NCBI RefSeq assembly: GCF_006345805.1 | Contig: NC_043016.1 | Location: 5,084,001-5,148,000, forward strand | Length of the DNA stretch: 64,000 nucleotides | Reading direction: 5' to 3' | Origin: Octopus sinensis | Lineage: Eukaryota | Shown: in pieces, positions 54,266 through 64,000 of the stretch | How positions within the stretch are numbered: the stretch's first letter is position 1 | Layout of the letters: each line of letters starts with the position of its first letter | The notes under the pieces: model-generated | Databases searched by the model: none | What the model was told of the DNA's origin: nothing | The model's input: the letters and a program-made list of their open reading frames with translations, nothing else | Program-made: the position numbers and the translations under genes

Positions 54266-54289
54266 TAGAACGGATTTTATATAAGAGAT
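53708..54289 (+). mobile_element. Helitron/HINE-like non-autonomous repeat, copy 1 of 5
   Basis: 5' ACGAGCAAA..TCCAATGGACGG (the CCGTCC-AAT-GGACGG hairpin is perfect in copy 4). 3' CAAAT.TGAG.GCAATCGGATGG..(CA)n..TTTTATATAA.AGAT, the architecture of DINE-1/Lep1-like elements. Confidence 0.65.
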
Positions 54290-54407
54290 TAGTAAAGTAG
54301 AATATTCACAATACGCACAACTGTGAGATAATGTTATGAAGAAATATTCATGACATATAACATTAAATACTGAAAAAATGAACAGTGTAAATGATAAAGT
54401 AACTTAC

Positions 54408-54553
54408 TTATAATTCTCCAAGAATACCAACTCATTGTTTCGGGACAATATTGTGTCAAAGAAGAAAAATGGTGCGTTCGGATAAATGCTTCCCCTAAAG
54501 ACAGAACTCAGTATATCGAAAGTGTCCGTGTCGAATTCAGTAGCGAGGAAAAA
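54408..54553 (-). CDS. MMP: MMP-A hemopexin-like exon
   Basis: Acceptor ..tttatatttcag, donor AA|gtaagt. Phases 0 to 2. Translates FFLATEFDTDTFDILSSVFRGSIYPNAPFFFFDTILSRNNELVFLENY; SSVFRGSIYP echoes SDTFHGSQYP of the upstream blade. Confidence 0.82.
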
Positions 54554-54750
54554 CTGAAATATAAATATAAATAAATAGATATTTATCAAAAATTACATGA
54601 CGTAATTCAAATATTAGCACATTTCCATTTCAAAATTTAATAATCTACATATATTTAACTTTTTTTATACTCGCCCATTTTCAAACTGATGACTGTTCTG
54701 GTTTAGGCACTGCTAATAAAATGAAGCTATACAATAACAAATATCAAGAA

Positions 54751-55624
54751 ACGAGCAAAACGCCCCCCGTCCATTGGATGGTGCTGAATCATATCTGCTG
54801 AATAAAAAGCAATCAATGTTTTCTTTTCATTAAAAAATAATTTTTGGTTTTGTTAAATGAAGTTAAGGCAAAAAAAAACTTCTTGGGAAACCATTCAGTC
54901 TTTCCTTCCTTCATGCCAAGTTGGAAGAAAATATCTCTTTTGCATCTTACTTTTTTGGTCTCTTAAACATACTGCATTTTGTGGCATTATTTCAAGCCAG
55001 CTGATGTACTTGCGTGTACAAATGCACGTTTCCATGGCTTTATCGATCGCATTCTCACCTGGAATCGATTTTTGTAAATTTTTGAAGACTTATACGCACC
55101 CTAATACCGTCAGTATCTACCTATCAAATTTGAGCGCAATCGGATGGAGGATGCCCGAGATCATAGAAGACACATACACAGACAGAGGGAACGAATTTTA
55201 TATAATAGACGAGCAAAATGCCACCATCCAATGGACGGTGCTGAGTTGTCAAACATTTAAACCAAATTTTCTCAAAACAACTTGTCCGACCGGCCCATAG
55301 GCCACCCCTTTGAGAAACACTGATTTAACCTAAATTTGAGACACCAGCAAAAGAAGAAATAAGGATAGACTTTTTTCGATTCCAAAGAAAAACGATTATA
55401 TTCATACCAATATGCAACCGAAGAGTTTAAAGTACCAGTAAGTACATCACAACAGCTGGTGTACTTGCGCGTACAAATGCACGTTCCCACGGCTTTATAG
55501 ATCGCATTCTCACCTGGAATCGTTTTTTGTAATTTTTTCAAGACTTATACACGCCCTGATACCGTCGGTATGTACATATCAAGTTTGAGCGCAACCGGAT
55601 GGAGGATGCCCTAGATCCTAAAAG

Positions 55625-55655
<31 letters not shown>

Positions 55656-55719
55656 AACACACACACCCACACAAACACACAATCACACACACACACACAA
55701 TGGCTGTTATATAATAGAT
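54751..55719 (+). mobile_element. HINE-like copies 2 and 3 joined head-to-tail at ~55209
   Basis: ..TTTTATATAATAG|ACGAGCAAAATG.. Copy 2 has a different internal segment (~54800-55000). Confidence 0.68.
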
Positions 55720-56408
55720 ATTTCATCCATTTGTGCGCATTCTCTTTCAATGGCTGCGCATAATTCAACTGCTGATAGTTTTGTACTGTAAACTTCATAT
55801 TATTTTAAATATCTCAAAAAAAATTTCTAGTGATATCAGGTGTGGTGACGTGGAGGCTATTCTACAAAATCATTTCGTCCAGTCCACCTGTATGACAAAA
55901 TCTCAACAATACAGGCCCTAACATTAATAAGGTAACGTGGGAGAGCCCATTCTTGCTGAAAATAAAACTCCACATCTTCAAAGTTCTTTTGGAGATTTTG
56001 TTAAAATTATACTAATGTGTCCTAATTTAATCAAATTTTATACCTCTGTGCAGCTGAAGATTGCTCTACATATTAAATTGAGCATAATCCTATGAACCCG
56101 GAAAAAAATTAAAACAGAGAGTCACTTACTTGCAACTAAATGTGTTAACATGTGACATTATGGACCGAGTTACCGTGGTCTTTTCCGTAAGCTTTTCTTT
56201 CCACGGATAAACCTAATCTGTTTACACTTTACATCATGACATTTCTGTGATACATGATCCCTAGTGATCAATTTTTTTACGATTCATTTTGATCGAAAAC
56301 CTACACACCCTTTTTCTTTTTTTTCTCCCTAAAAAGAAAAGCTCTATTTTGTAATTTGTCACCTCTGTGTTCAGCCCTGTGTGGCTAATAACGAAACATA
56401 CTTGAGCC

Positions 56409-57107
56409 GTTTAATTAAATATGGCCTTATCACATCTAGCAATTATTGCTGAAAAGTTAGAGTTAGGGTTAGGGTTAGGGTTAGATTTAGGGTTAGGGTT
56501 AGGGTTAGGGTTAGATTTAGGGTTAGGGTTAAGGTTAGGTCTAGGGTTAGGTTTAGGGTTAGGGTTTAATTAAATATAGCCTTATCACATCTAGCAATGA
56601 TTTTTGGAAAGTGTTGGAAAGGGTTAGGGTAAGGGTTAAGGTTAGGTTTAGGGTTAGTGTTAGCGTTTAATTAAATATAGCCTCATCACATCTAGAAATC
56701 ATTGTTGGAAAGTGTTGGAAATTGTTAAGGTTAGGGTTAGGGTTAGTTTTAGTGTTAGGGTTAGGGTTAGGGTTACGGTTTAATTAAATATAGCTTTATC
56801 ACATCTAGCAATCATTTTGGAAAGTGTTGGAAAGTGTTAGGGTTAGGGTTAGCGTTAGGGTTTAATTAAATATAGCCTTATCACATCTAGCAATCATTGT
56901 TGGAAAGTGTCAGAAAGGGCTTAGGGTTAGGGTTAGAGTTAGGTTTAGGGTTTGGGGTTAGGGTTAGCGTTAGCGTTTAATTAAATATAGCCTTATCACA
57001 TCTAGCAATCATTTTGGAAAGTGTTGGAAAGGGTGAGTGTTAGGGTTAGGGTTAGGGTTTAATTAAATATAGCCTTATCACATCTAGCAATCATTGTTGG
57101 AAAGTGT
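56409..57107 (+). repeat. Minisatellite: 7 constant ~50-bp units alternating with 6 degenerate (TTAGGG)n tracts
   Basis: GTTTAATTAAATATAGCCTTATCACATCTAGCAATCATT(G)TTGGAAAGTGT at ~56409, 56564, 56665, 56778, 56860, 56975 and 57057. Confidence 0.95.
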
Positions 57108-57699
57108 GCATCGTGAGTAACGGTGTTTTACGCTTTGATCCGGATCATGCACTCAATCATTGGAATATAACTTTTCCAATGACAGTTTCAAAATGCTGTG
57201 GAAGCTTGATTTTAAAATTCCTATCTCAACACTTGATAGCTGCACAGATTTTCTTGAACTCTGGCAATTCTATTCCTGCATCCTTTCTTGCATTCTAGAT
57301 GTCGTTGATGTCTGCAATGTTCTGGAACGTTTCGTGTGGACATTCTAATCACTTATATCTGCTTCAAACAAATCTCTGATTCGAGTAATATCAAGTCCCG
57401 TTGAGGGATCTCTTCAAAATTCCACCCCATCCTAAACTCCTCTCTTTATTTAGGCATAAAGCCCCAACATAGAATGGACATTACAAGTACAGACAACACA
57501 CAAAACGTGGGGTACATATAACGGATGATGTTTGTGAAATGAAAAGATGGAATGACTTACGCCCCCCACCCCCACCCCAAGCTCGCATTTCCATTTTACT
57601 TTTTTTATACAGTCTCTCATCATTTTATTATTTGTCCGTTATATGTTCACACTGGGCAGATTCTCATAACGAACATATATTTGCGAAAGAATAATTAAT

Positions 57700-58500
57700 C
57701 CAGTAAATGATTCATTCAGTCTTTCTACCTTTCTACCGCTTTCTCATCTGGTTCAAACAAAACTGGTTCCAATCTTACTCTAATCAAACCTTTCCTTTTC
57801 GTTATCTTCTTTTCCAATTCTATATCTTTTCTGTAGTGCATCAACATTCTTATACTCCGACCCGAAGCTCTGCCCATTCTCCTCGCTTTTTTCTCTTTCC
57901 GCGTGTACTTTATTCAACCAATCTTCCATTTTCTCCCGTCTAATTCTGTCTTTTTCACTAATTTCTCTGGTTCCGTGGTTCGATTCATTATGTCTTCTGT
58001 TTCGTCCACAAATGCCATTTTCGCTTCCCCTGCTTTCCTTTTCTTGGGACATTTGGGTGGTAACTCCACCCTCGTCCTTTTTCTGTCTATCACAGCTTCC
58101 TCTTCATTTTCTTCTACCTTCTCTACCTCTTCCTTATTGCGTATTTCTCTCCTCCGTTTGCACTTCTCTTAGGGAACACTTTGCTCGTATGTGTCCCCTA
58201 TTTCAACATTTATAACATACAGGTGGTCTCCCCTCCACCACAACTCTCAGTCGGGTCTCATCGGGGGGCGTCAATTCCTCAGCAATATTGTGCAAATCTG
58301 GCAAGATTATATGGATTAAAATTTCTAATCCAAAACCCCACCAGTTGATTTCTCTAAACCTCTCGATTTTTATAACTTCTACCTAGTCTTTGCAATTGAA
58401 AATAATAATTGCCACCAGCCATTCTTCATTCATCCCATCCTTAACTGTCTTTAAACATAGCAGTTTCAAACTTCCTGTAGCGTTTCAGCATAAAATTCCT
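57700..58500 (-). mobile_element. Degraded gag-like ORF1 of a non-LTR retrotransposon
   Basis: RLRVVVEGRPPVCYKC*NRGHIRAKC = CX2CX4HX4C zinc knuckle at ~58175-58215, followed by a K/E/R-rich stretch. Confidence 0.65.
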
Positions 58501-58614
58501 TTATTCAAATCTTAGACTAGCTTCCTTCATTTTTTGATGGGTTAAATCTAAAGAGAATTGGAATTTGGGTCATCAGATGCTAAAATGTGCATGCACTTTG
58601 GGGGAAAACTTGTA

Positions 58615-59020
58615 TTCTTTCATTCTTTTGCATGTTTCAGTCATTTCATCGCGGCCATGCTGTAGCACCGCTTTAAAGGGATTTAGTCGAAGAAATTGCC
58701 CTCGGGGCTTATTCTTTGTAAGCTTGGTGCGTATTCTATCGCAATTTTTTGTTGAATCACTAAGTCACGGAGACATAGAGGCACATATCTGTTGTCAAGC
58801 GATGTTGAGTGAACAAACGCAGGCACAAAGATACATACACGTAAATATACACGCAAATACGCCCGCGTACACACACAGACATATATATAGACAACGAGTT
58901 TCTTTCAGTTTCCGTCTACCAAATTCACTCACAAGGCATTGGTCAAAGACACTTGTCCAAGGTGCCACGCAGTGGGACTGAACCCGGAACCATGTTGGTA
59001 AGCAAGCTACTCACCACACA
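58615..59020 (-). mobile_element. tRNA/CORE-type SINE
   Basis: Same family as 59693-60110, more diverged. Confidence 0.75.
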
Positions 59021-59044
59021 TCATCATCATTATTATTATTATTA

Positions 59045-59082
<38 letters not shown>

Positions 59083-59151
59083 CATATATATATAGCGAGA
59101 GATGGATAGATAGATAGATAGATATATAGATAGAGAGAGAGAGAGATAGAG

Positions 59152-59195
<44 letters not shown>

Positions 59196-59200
59196 GGATG

Positions 59201-59289
<89 letters not shown>

Positions 59290-59322
59290 CGTGTCCATGT
59301 CTATTAAGCAACGTATACTTAC

Positions 59323-59438
59323 ATCGAAAAGGATGACTTTATTCTCAATAACGACGGCACTCAACGCATTATATAGGCCAATATTTTTCGGATATCCACT
59401 TTGCAGAGTGTTGTTTACGTACTTCCAGGCGTGCTCGT
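59323..59438 (-). CDS. MMP: MMP-A hemopexin-like exon
   Basis: Acceptor ..ctttattatttag, donor GAT|gtaagt. Phases 1 to 0. Translates (D)[38 protein letters not shown], containing the hemopexin W-x-Y..GYPK motif. Confidence 0.9.
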
Positions 59439-59692
59439 CTAAATAATAAAGAAGAATCATTTATGGAATGCGATGTATGTAAAAGGAACTTTAATATTCT
59501 ATTCTGCTTTAGGCGCAAGGGGTGGGGAGACCAGTCGATTAAATCGAACCCCGTATGCAACTGGTATTAAATTTATCGACGCCGAAAGGATTAAATCAAA
59601 GTTGACCTCGGCGGAATTTGAACACGGAACGTACGGTGCTAACGATTCTGGCGACTTGAAACGAAATATAATATTGATCATATAAACATATG

Positions 59693-60110
59693 CGTAGGAG
59701 TGGCTGTGTGGTAAGTAGCTTGCTTACGAACCACATGGTTCCGGGTTCAGTCTCACTGCATGGCACCTTGGGCAAGTGTCTTCTACTATAGCCTCGGGCT
59801 GTTCAAAGCCTTGTGCGTGGATTTGGTGGACGGAAACTGAAAGAAGCCCGTCGTATTAATGTGTGTGTGAATATATATATGTGCGTGTGTGTGTGTGTAT
59901 GATCGTGTGTCTGTGTTTGTCCCCACCCCAAAATCGCTTGACAACCGATGCTGGTGTGTTTACGTCCCCGTAACTTAGCTGTTCGGCAAAAGAAACCGAT
60001 AGAATAAGTACTAGGCTTACAAAGAATAAGTCCTGGGGTCGATTTGCTCGACTAAAAGCGGTGCACCAGCATGGCCGCAGTCAAATGACTGAAACAAGTA
60101 AAAGAGTACG
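59693..60110 (+). mobile_element. Full-length tRNA/CORE-type SINE
   Basis: Head, ACCTTGGGCAAGTGTCTT core, central (GT)n and LINE-like tail. Confidence 0.88.
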
Positions 60111-60279
60111 AGTAATATATGTGTGTGTGTGTATGTTACAAATATATGCATATATATAAATGTGCGTGTGTGCGCGCGTTTATGTGCGTGTTAATATGTT
60201 TATGTTTAGGTGTGTATATGCGCATATGAAGATATACATATACGCAAGCAAGCGCGCACGCACACACACACATACGTAC

Positions 60280-60738
60280 ACGAGCAAAACGCCCCGTCCA
60301 ATGGACGGTGCTGAGTTGTCAAACATTTAAACCAACTTTTCTCAAAACAACTTGTCCAACCGTCCCATGGGCCTCCCCTTTGAGAAACACTGATTTAACC
60401 TAAATTTGAGACACCAGCAAAAGAAGAAATAAAAATAGATTTTTTTCTATTCCAAAGAAAATCGATTTTATTCACACAAATATGCAACCGAAGAGTTTAA
60501 AGTACCAGTAAGTACATCGCAACAGCTGGTGTACTTGCGCGTACAAATGCGCGTTCCCACGGCTTTATCGATCGCATTCTCACCTGGAATCGATTTTTGT
60601 AATTTTTTTTTGACGACTTATACACGCCCTGATACCGTCGATATCTACATGCCAAATTTGAGCGCAATCGGATAGAGGATGCCCGAGATCCGAAAAGACA
60701 CACACACAGACAGAGAGAACGGATTTTATATAAGAGAT
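60280..60738 (+). mobile_element. HINE-like copy 4
   Basis: Same termini and body as 55209-55719. Confidence 0.68.
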
Positions 60739-60818
60739 ATGGTCGCGTTTACGTTTGTGTGTTTTCAATTGCGTGCGTGGTTTGAACATGTGGAGGCATA
60801 TATGTGTATATATATGTG

Positions 60819-60862
<44 letters not shown>

Positions 60863-60897
60863 GTCAGAGAGGTTAAGTAGACAGCTAGATACACATG

Positions 60898-62066
60898 CCG
60901 TAAATCCTTGAGTATAGTCCGCCCTTGAGTATAATACGCAGGGGATTTTTAGGGGGCTGTACCTCTGAAAAACCTAAATCTTGTGTATAACAGGCACCCC
61001 ATCTCTAACTTGAATCAAGGAGGTCTATATAACTTCCTTGGTTTGTAAAAATGTATACAGTAACGTCCTTTATTATTATTGTAGATATAACATAATGCAA
61101 ACGTGTAGCTTTTTTGTGCATTTTGTTTGCAGAAAATAAAGAAATAACAGAAATAACGTCAGTGAAAAATAAATATTAAGTAAATTGCCTTTACATATTT
61201 ATCACTATCAGTTACAAAAGCAAAAGCAAAAGCATTTATTTAAATCTTTCAAATTCAACATCACTTTCAGCATCAAATAACTGTTTCATTTGTTTCTCCG
61301 TGAACATGTCAGCATCATTGTAGTGTAAATCCCCGTCATCGTCAGATTCATAGTCAACATCAGAAGATTCATTTTCATTTATTTCTGGATACTTTTATTT
61401 TAATAAATGTTGCTTACTGCAAATTATGGATGATTCTTTTATGACTTCATTGCTTTCAGGCTTAGCTTAAAGGTATTTTCGCGCCCGACATCACAAAATG
61501 CGTCTGAATAAACATTGCCGGACAGCAAATAGAGACTCGGACATTGCTAAGAAAATATTTTTCCTTTTTAACCTTGTATGGGGCTGAGACATGGCGAACA
61601 ACAGTTAAGTCAAATAGGCAAATACAATCATTCATCTTGTGTAGAATACTTAAAATTAGATGGCCCGAACACATAAGTAATATGGAGCTATGGCAAAGAA
61701 CAAATCAAGTTTTGATTGGGGAGCGAATATTTAAGAAAAAGTGGAAGTGGATTGGTAGAATAATTAGAAAAGACACACCAAATGTAGCGAAAAGTGCTTT
61801 AAAGTGGAAACCGGTTGGATATAGAAAGAGAGGTTGGCCTAAGACTCGCGGCGTAGATCAACACAAAAGGAACTAGAGAAAGGGGGACATTCATGGCAGA
61901 GTATAAGTACAGAAGTGAAAAATTATGCGACATGGAATTCAATTATAAGTGGTCTATACTCCGCGTTGGAGGGTTAAAGGTAAAAAATATATATATAGTA
62001 CGCTCTAGGGATTTTAACCTTTAAATTTTGGGGGAAAAATGCGGATTATACTCGCGGGATTTACGG
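60898..62066 (-). mobile_element. Internally deleted pogo/Tigger-like DNA transposon
   Basis: TIRs CCGTAAATCC..GAGTATA.TCCGC at 60898 and reverse complement ending at 62066 (TA follows). The minus frame carries an acidic transposase-like tail DYESDDDGDLHYNDADMFTEKQMKQLFDAESDVEFERF*. Confidence 0.7.
61476..61973 (+). mobile_element. RTE-clade LINE 3' fragment nested in the pogo-like element
   Basis: LYGAETWRTT..CRILKIRWPEHISNMELW..WKWIGRIIRK..KRGWPK. Possible 9-bp TSD TTAAAGGTA at 61467-61475 and 61974-61982. Confidence 0.8.
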
Positions 62067-62127
62067 TATTTATGTGTTTATCAATAATGGCGTGCGATGC
62101 ACGCAAACACAAAAGATATATACTTAC

Positions 62128-62304
62128 CAGCAAATAAGTAGCTCGTATTTTTATTTGCATCGAATGCTGCAGCGGACACATAAGATGGATATTGAGAACC
62201 ATGAAAGGTATCCGATATACTATGATATCCAGGTTTGAGGGAACCGAAACGATCAAATTCATATACTTGGTCTCCCCTAAAAGCAAGGTAACCACCATTA
62301 TGAT
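62128..62304 (-). CDS. MMP: MMP-A hemopexin-like exon (symmetric, phase 1-1)
   Basis: Acceptor ..tttttcattcttgcag, donor G|gtaagt. Translates (D)HNGGYLAFRGDQVYEFDRFGSLKPGYHSISDTFHGSQYPSYVSAAAFDANKNTSYLFA, a recognisable hemopexin repeat. MMP identity (versus a hemopexin-only protein) is inferred from the neighbouring gene. Confidence 0.9.
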
Positions 62305-62368
62305 CTGCAAGAATGAAAAATATGTTCATTAATACATATATGTGTGTCAGCACATAAATACATATATA

Positions 62369-62897
62369 TTGGGTTGTCCGGAAAGTTCATGCCGGTTTTT
62401 AAAGGAAAGAAAAAAGGTCAATAAATACTTGCCATTGCATTTTTAATCAAACAAATATGAACCACTTTGTTGCACAATGCGTCTCCATATTTCCTTTAAC
62501 TTGAAAATTTGAGGTGGTTTCATGGCAAACAATTCATCAAGGTATTGAAATTTTAACCATTAAGACTATTCTGCAGAGACCTGAATAAGTGGAAATCCGA
62601 AGGAGCAATATCTGGTGAATATGGAGGCTGGGGTACACATCCCAGCCGAGCTGCAGCAATTTTTGTCTAGTTCCCAAAGCATCAAGTGCCGAAAATGAAC
62701 TTTCTTATCTTCCATTTTAAAGGGTTACAGAATTAACACAGTTTATAGGAACATAAACCTTCATCCACAAAAAGATGGCTTAAACTGTGCTTTAAATAGA
62801 GGTGTAGTCAAATCCTATTTTATGGACTCAACCATGTTCTAAAATAAGTGGAAAGGTAAGCTATTATAAATCGGCACGAACTTTCCGGACAACCCAA
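62369..62897 (-). mobile_element. Deleted mariner element (529 bp)
   Basis: TIRs TTGGGTTGTCCGGAAAGTTC with TA on both sides. Internal minus-frame PPYSPDIAPSDFHLF is the mariner motif. Confidence 0.92.
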
Positions 62898-63159
62898 TAG
62901 ATACATGACAGAAGTGGATATAATCCTTTCTACTGAAGGCACAAAGCCAGAGATTTGAGGGAAGGGAGCCAGTTGCTTAGATCATCCCCAGTACAAATTG
63001 GTACTTAATTTAGCGACCCCGAAATGTTGAAAGGTAAAGTCGACCTCGACGCTATTTCTGTTCAGAACGTAGCAACGGGCGAAATACTACTAAGCATTTC
63101 GTCCAGCGTGCTAACGATTCTGCCAGCTCACCGCCTTAACGAAGTGGATATAATAATGG

Positions 63160-63790
63160 ACGATCAAAAGCCCCCCCCCCCCTCCAATGGACGGTGCTGA
63201 GTTGTCAAACATTTAAACCAAATTTTCTTAAAACAACTTGTCCGACCGTCCCATAGGCCTCCCCTTTGACAAACACCGACTTAACCTAAATTTAAGACAC
63301 CAGCAAAAGAAGAACTAAAGATAGATTTTATTCACACAAATTATGCAACCGAAGAGTTTAAAGTACCAGTAATGATAAGGCTGTTGACTGGGAGAACACA
63401 AACGTGGTTTAAACAGTAAGCTTGGCAGGAAAGAAACGTGCTTTTAAACAGTACAAAAACAACAAAAAATGGAAGGTGCAGTTATGTACAGGTTGACGGA
63501 AGAATAGCAGGACAAAAACGATGCATGCAAATGGGTTAGCTCGTGCATTTTTCTCGCGTACGCGTAGTATCGATCGCAACAGCTGATGTACTTGCGCGTA
63601 CAAATGAACATTCCTATGGCTTTATCGATCGCATTCTCACCTGGAATCGATTTTTGTAATTTTTTCAAAACTTATACACGCCCTGATACCGTCGGTATCT
63701 ACATTTCAAATTTGAGCGCAATCGGATGGAGGATGCCCGAGATCCTAGAAGACACACACACAGACAGACAGAACGGATTTTATATAATAG
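63160..63790 (+). mobile_element. HINE-like copy 5 (longest), abutting a second Helitron-like start at 63791
   Basis: Same termini as the other copies. Followed directly by ACTAGC..ACCCGCTCTACGCGCGGGT hairpin. Confidence 0.68.
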
Positions 63791-64000
63791 ACTAGCTTTA
63801 GGTGACCCGCTCTACGCGCGGGTGAGGGTGTGCTTGTTACTTTCTGTTTCTTATCACCACATTCTCCCCCTTTGTTTCTCTCTCCCTTCTCTTTCACTTT
63901 CCCACTCTCTTACTCTTCCTTTCTTTCGGACTCTCCCTCGCTTTCTCTCATGAGTAAGTTGAGAAAGAATATATTTTGAAAGATCAATCATATGTATCAA

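Noticed and set aside
56409-57107. CRISPR array
   Set aside because: The spacers are degenerate TTAGGG multimers rather than unique sequences, there are no cas genes, and the context is a eukaryotic intron.

Overview
AT-rich, repeat-dense eukaryotic DNA. The SINE, LINE and microsatellite repertoire points to an octopus or other coleoid cephalopod (inference from repeat families; no database search was run). Assembling exons by hand from splice signals and phase gives two matrix-metalloproteinase genes on the minus strand, in tandem and both partial. MMP-A contributes its last four exons (hemopexin-like repeats, stop at 52474). MMP-B contributes its first four exons (ATG at 15744): signal peptide, an unusual ~190-aa acidic extension with KR/RSKR/KKR sites, pro-domain with cysteine switch PRCGVPD, and the start of the catalytic domain. 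Most of these exons are absent from, or buried inside, the ORF track. About a dozen broken R4/Dong-type (RT + restriction-like endonuclease) retrotransposon copies from several lineages form two strand-polarised blocks (345-9115 on +, 32659-47100 almost all on -), interleaved with (AAT)n/(GAT)n arrays. Also present: tRNA-derived SINEs, Helitron/HINE-like repeats, Tc1/mariner and pogo derivatives, MITEs, a ~746-bp diverged palindrome, and a minisatellite of constant ~50-bp units alternating with degenerate (TTAGGG)n tracts. No intact transposon ORF, rRNA, genuine tRNA or CRISPR array is supported.
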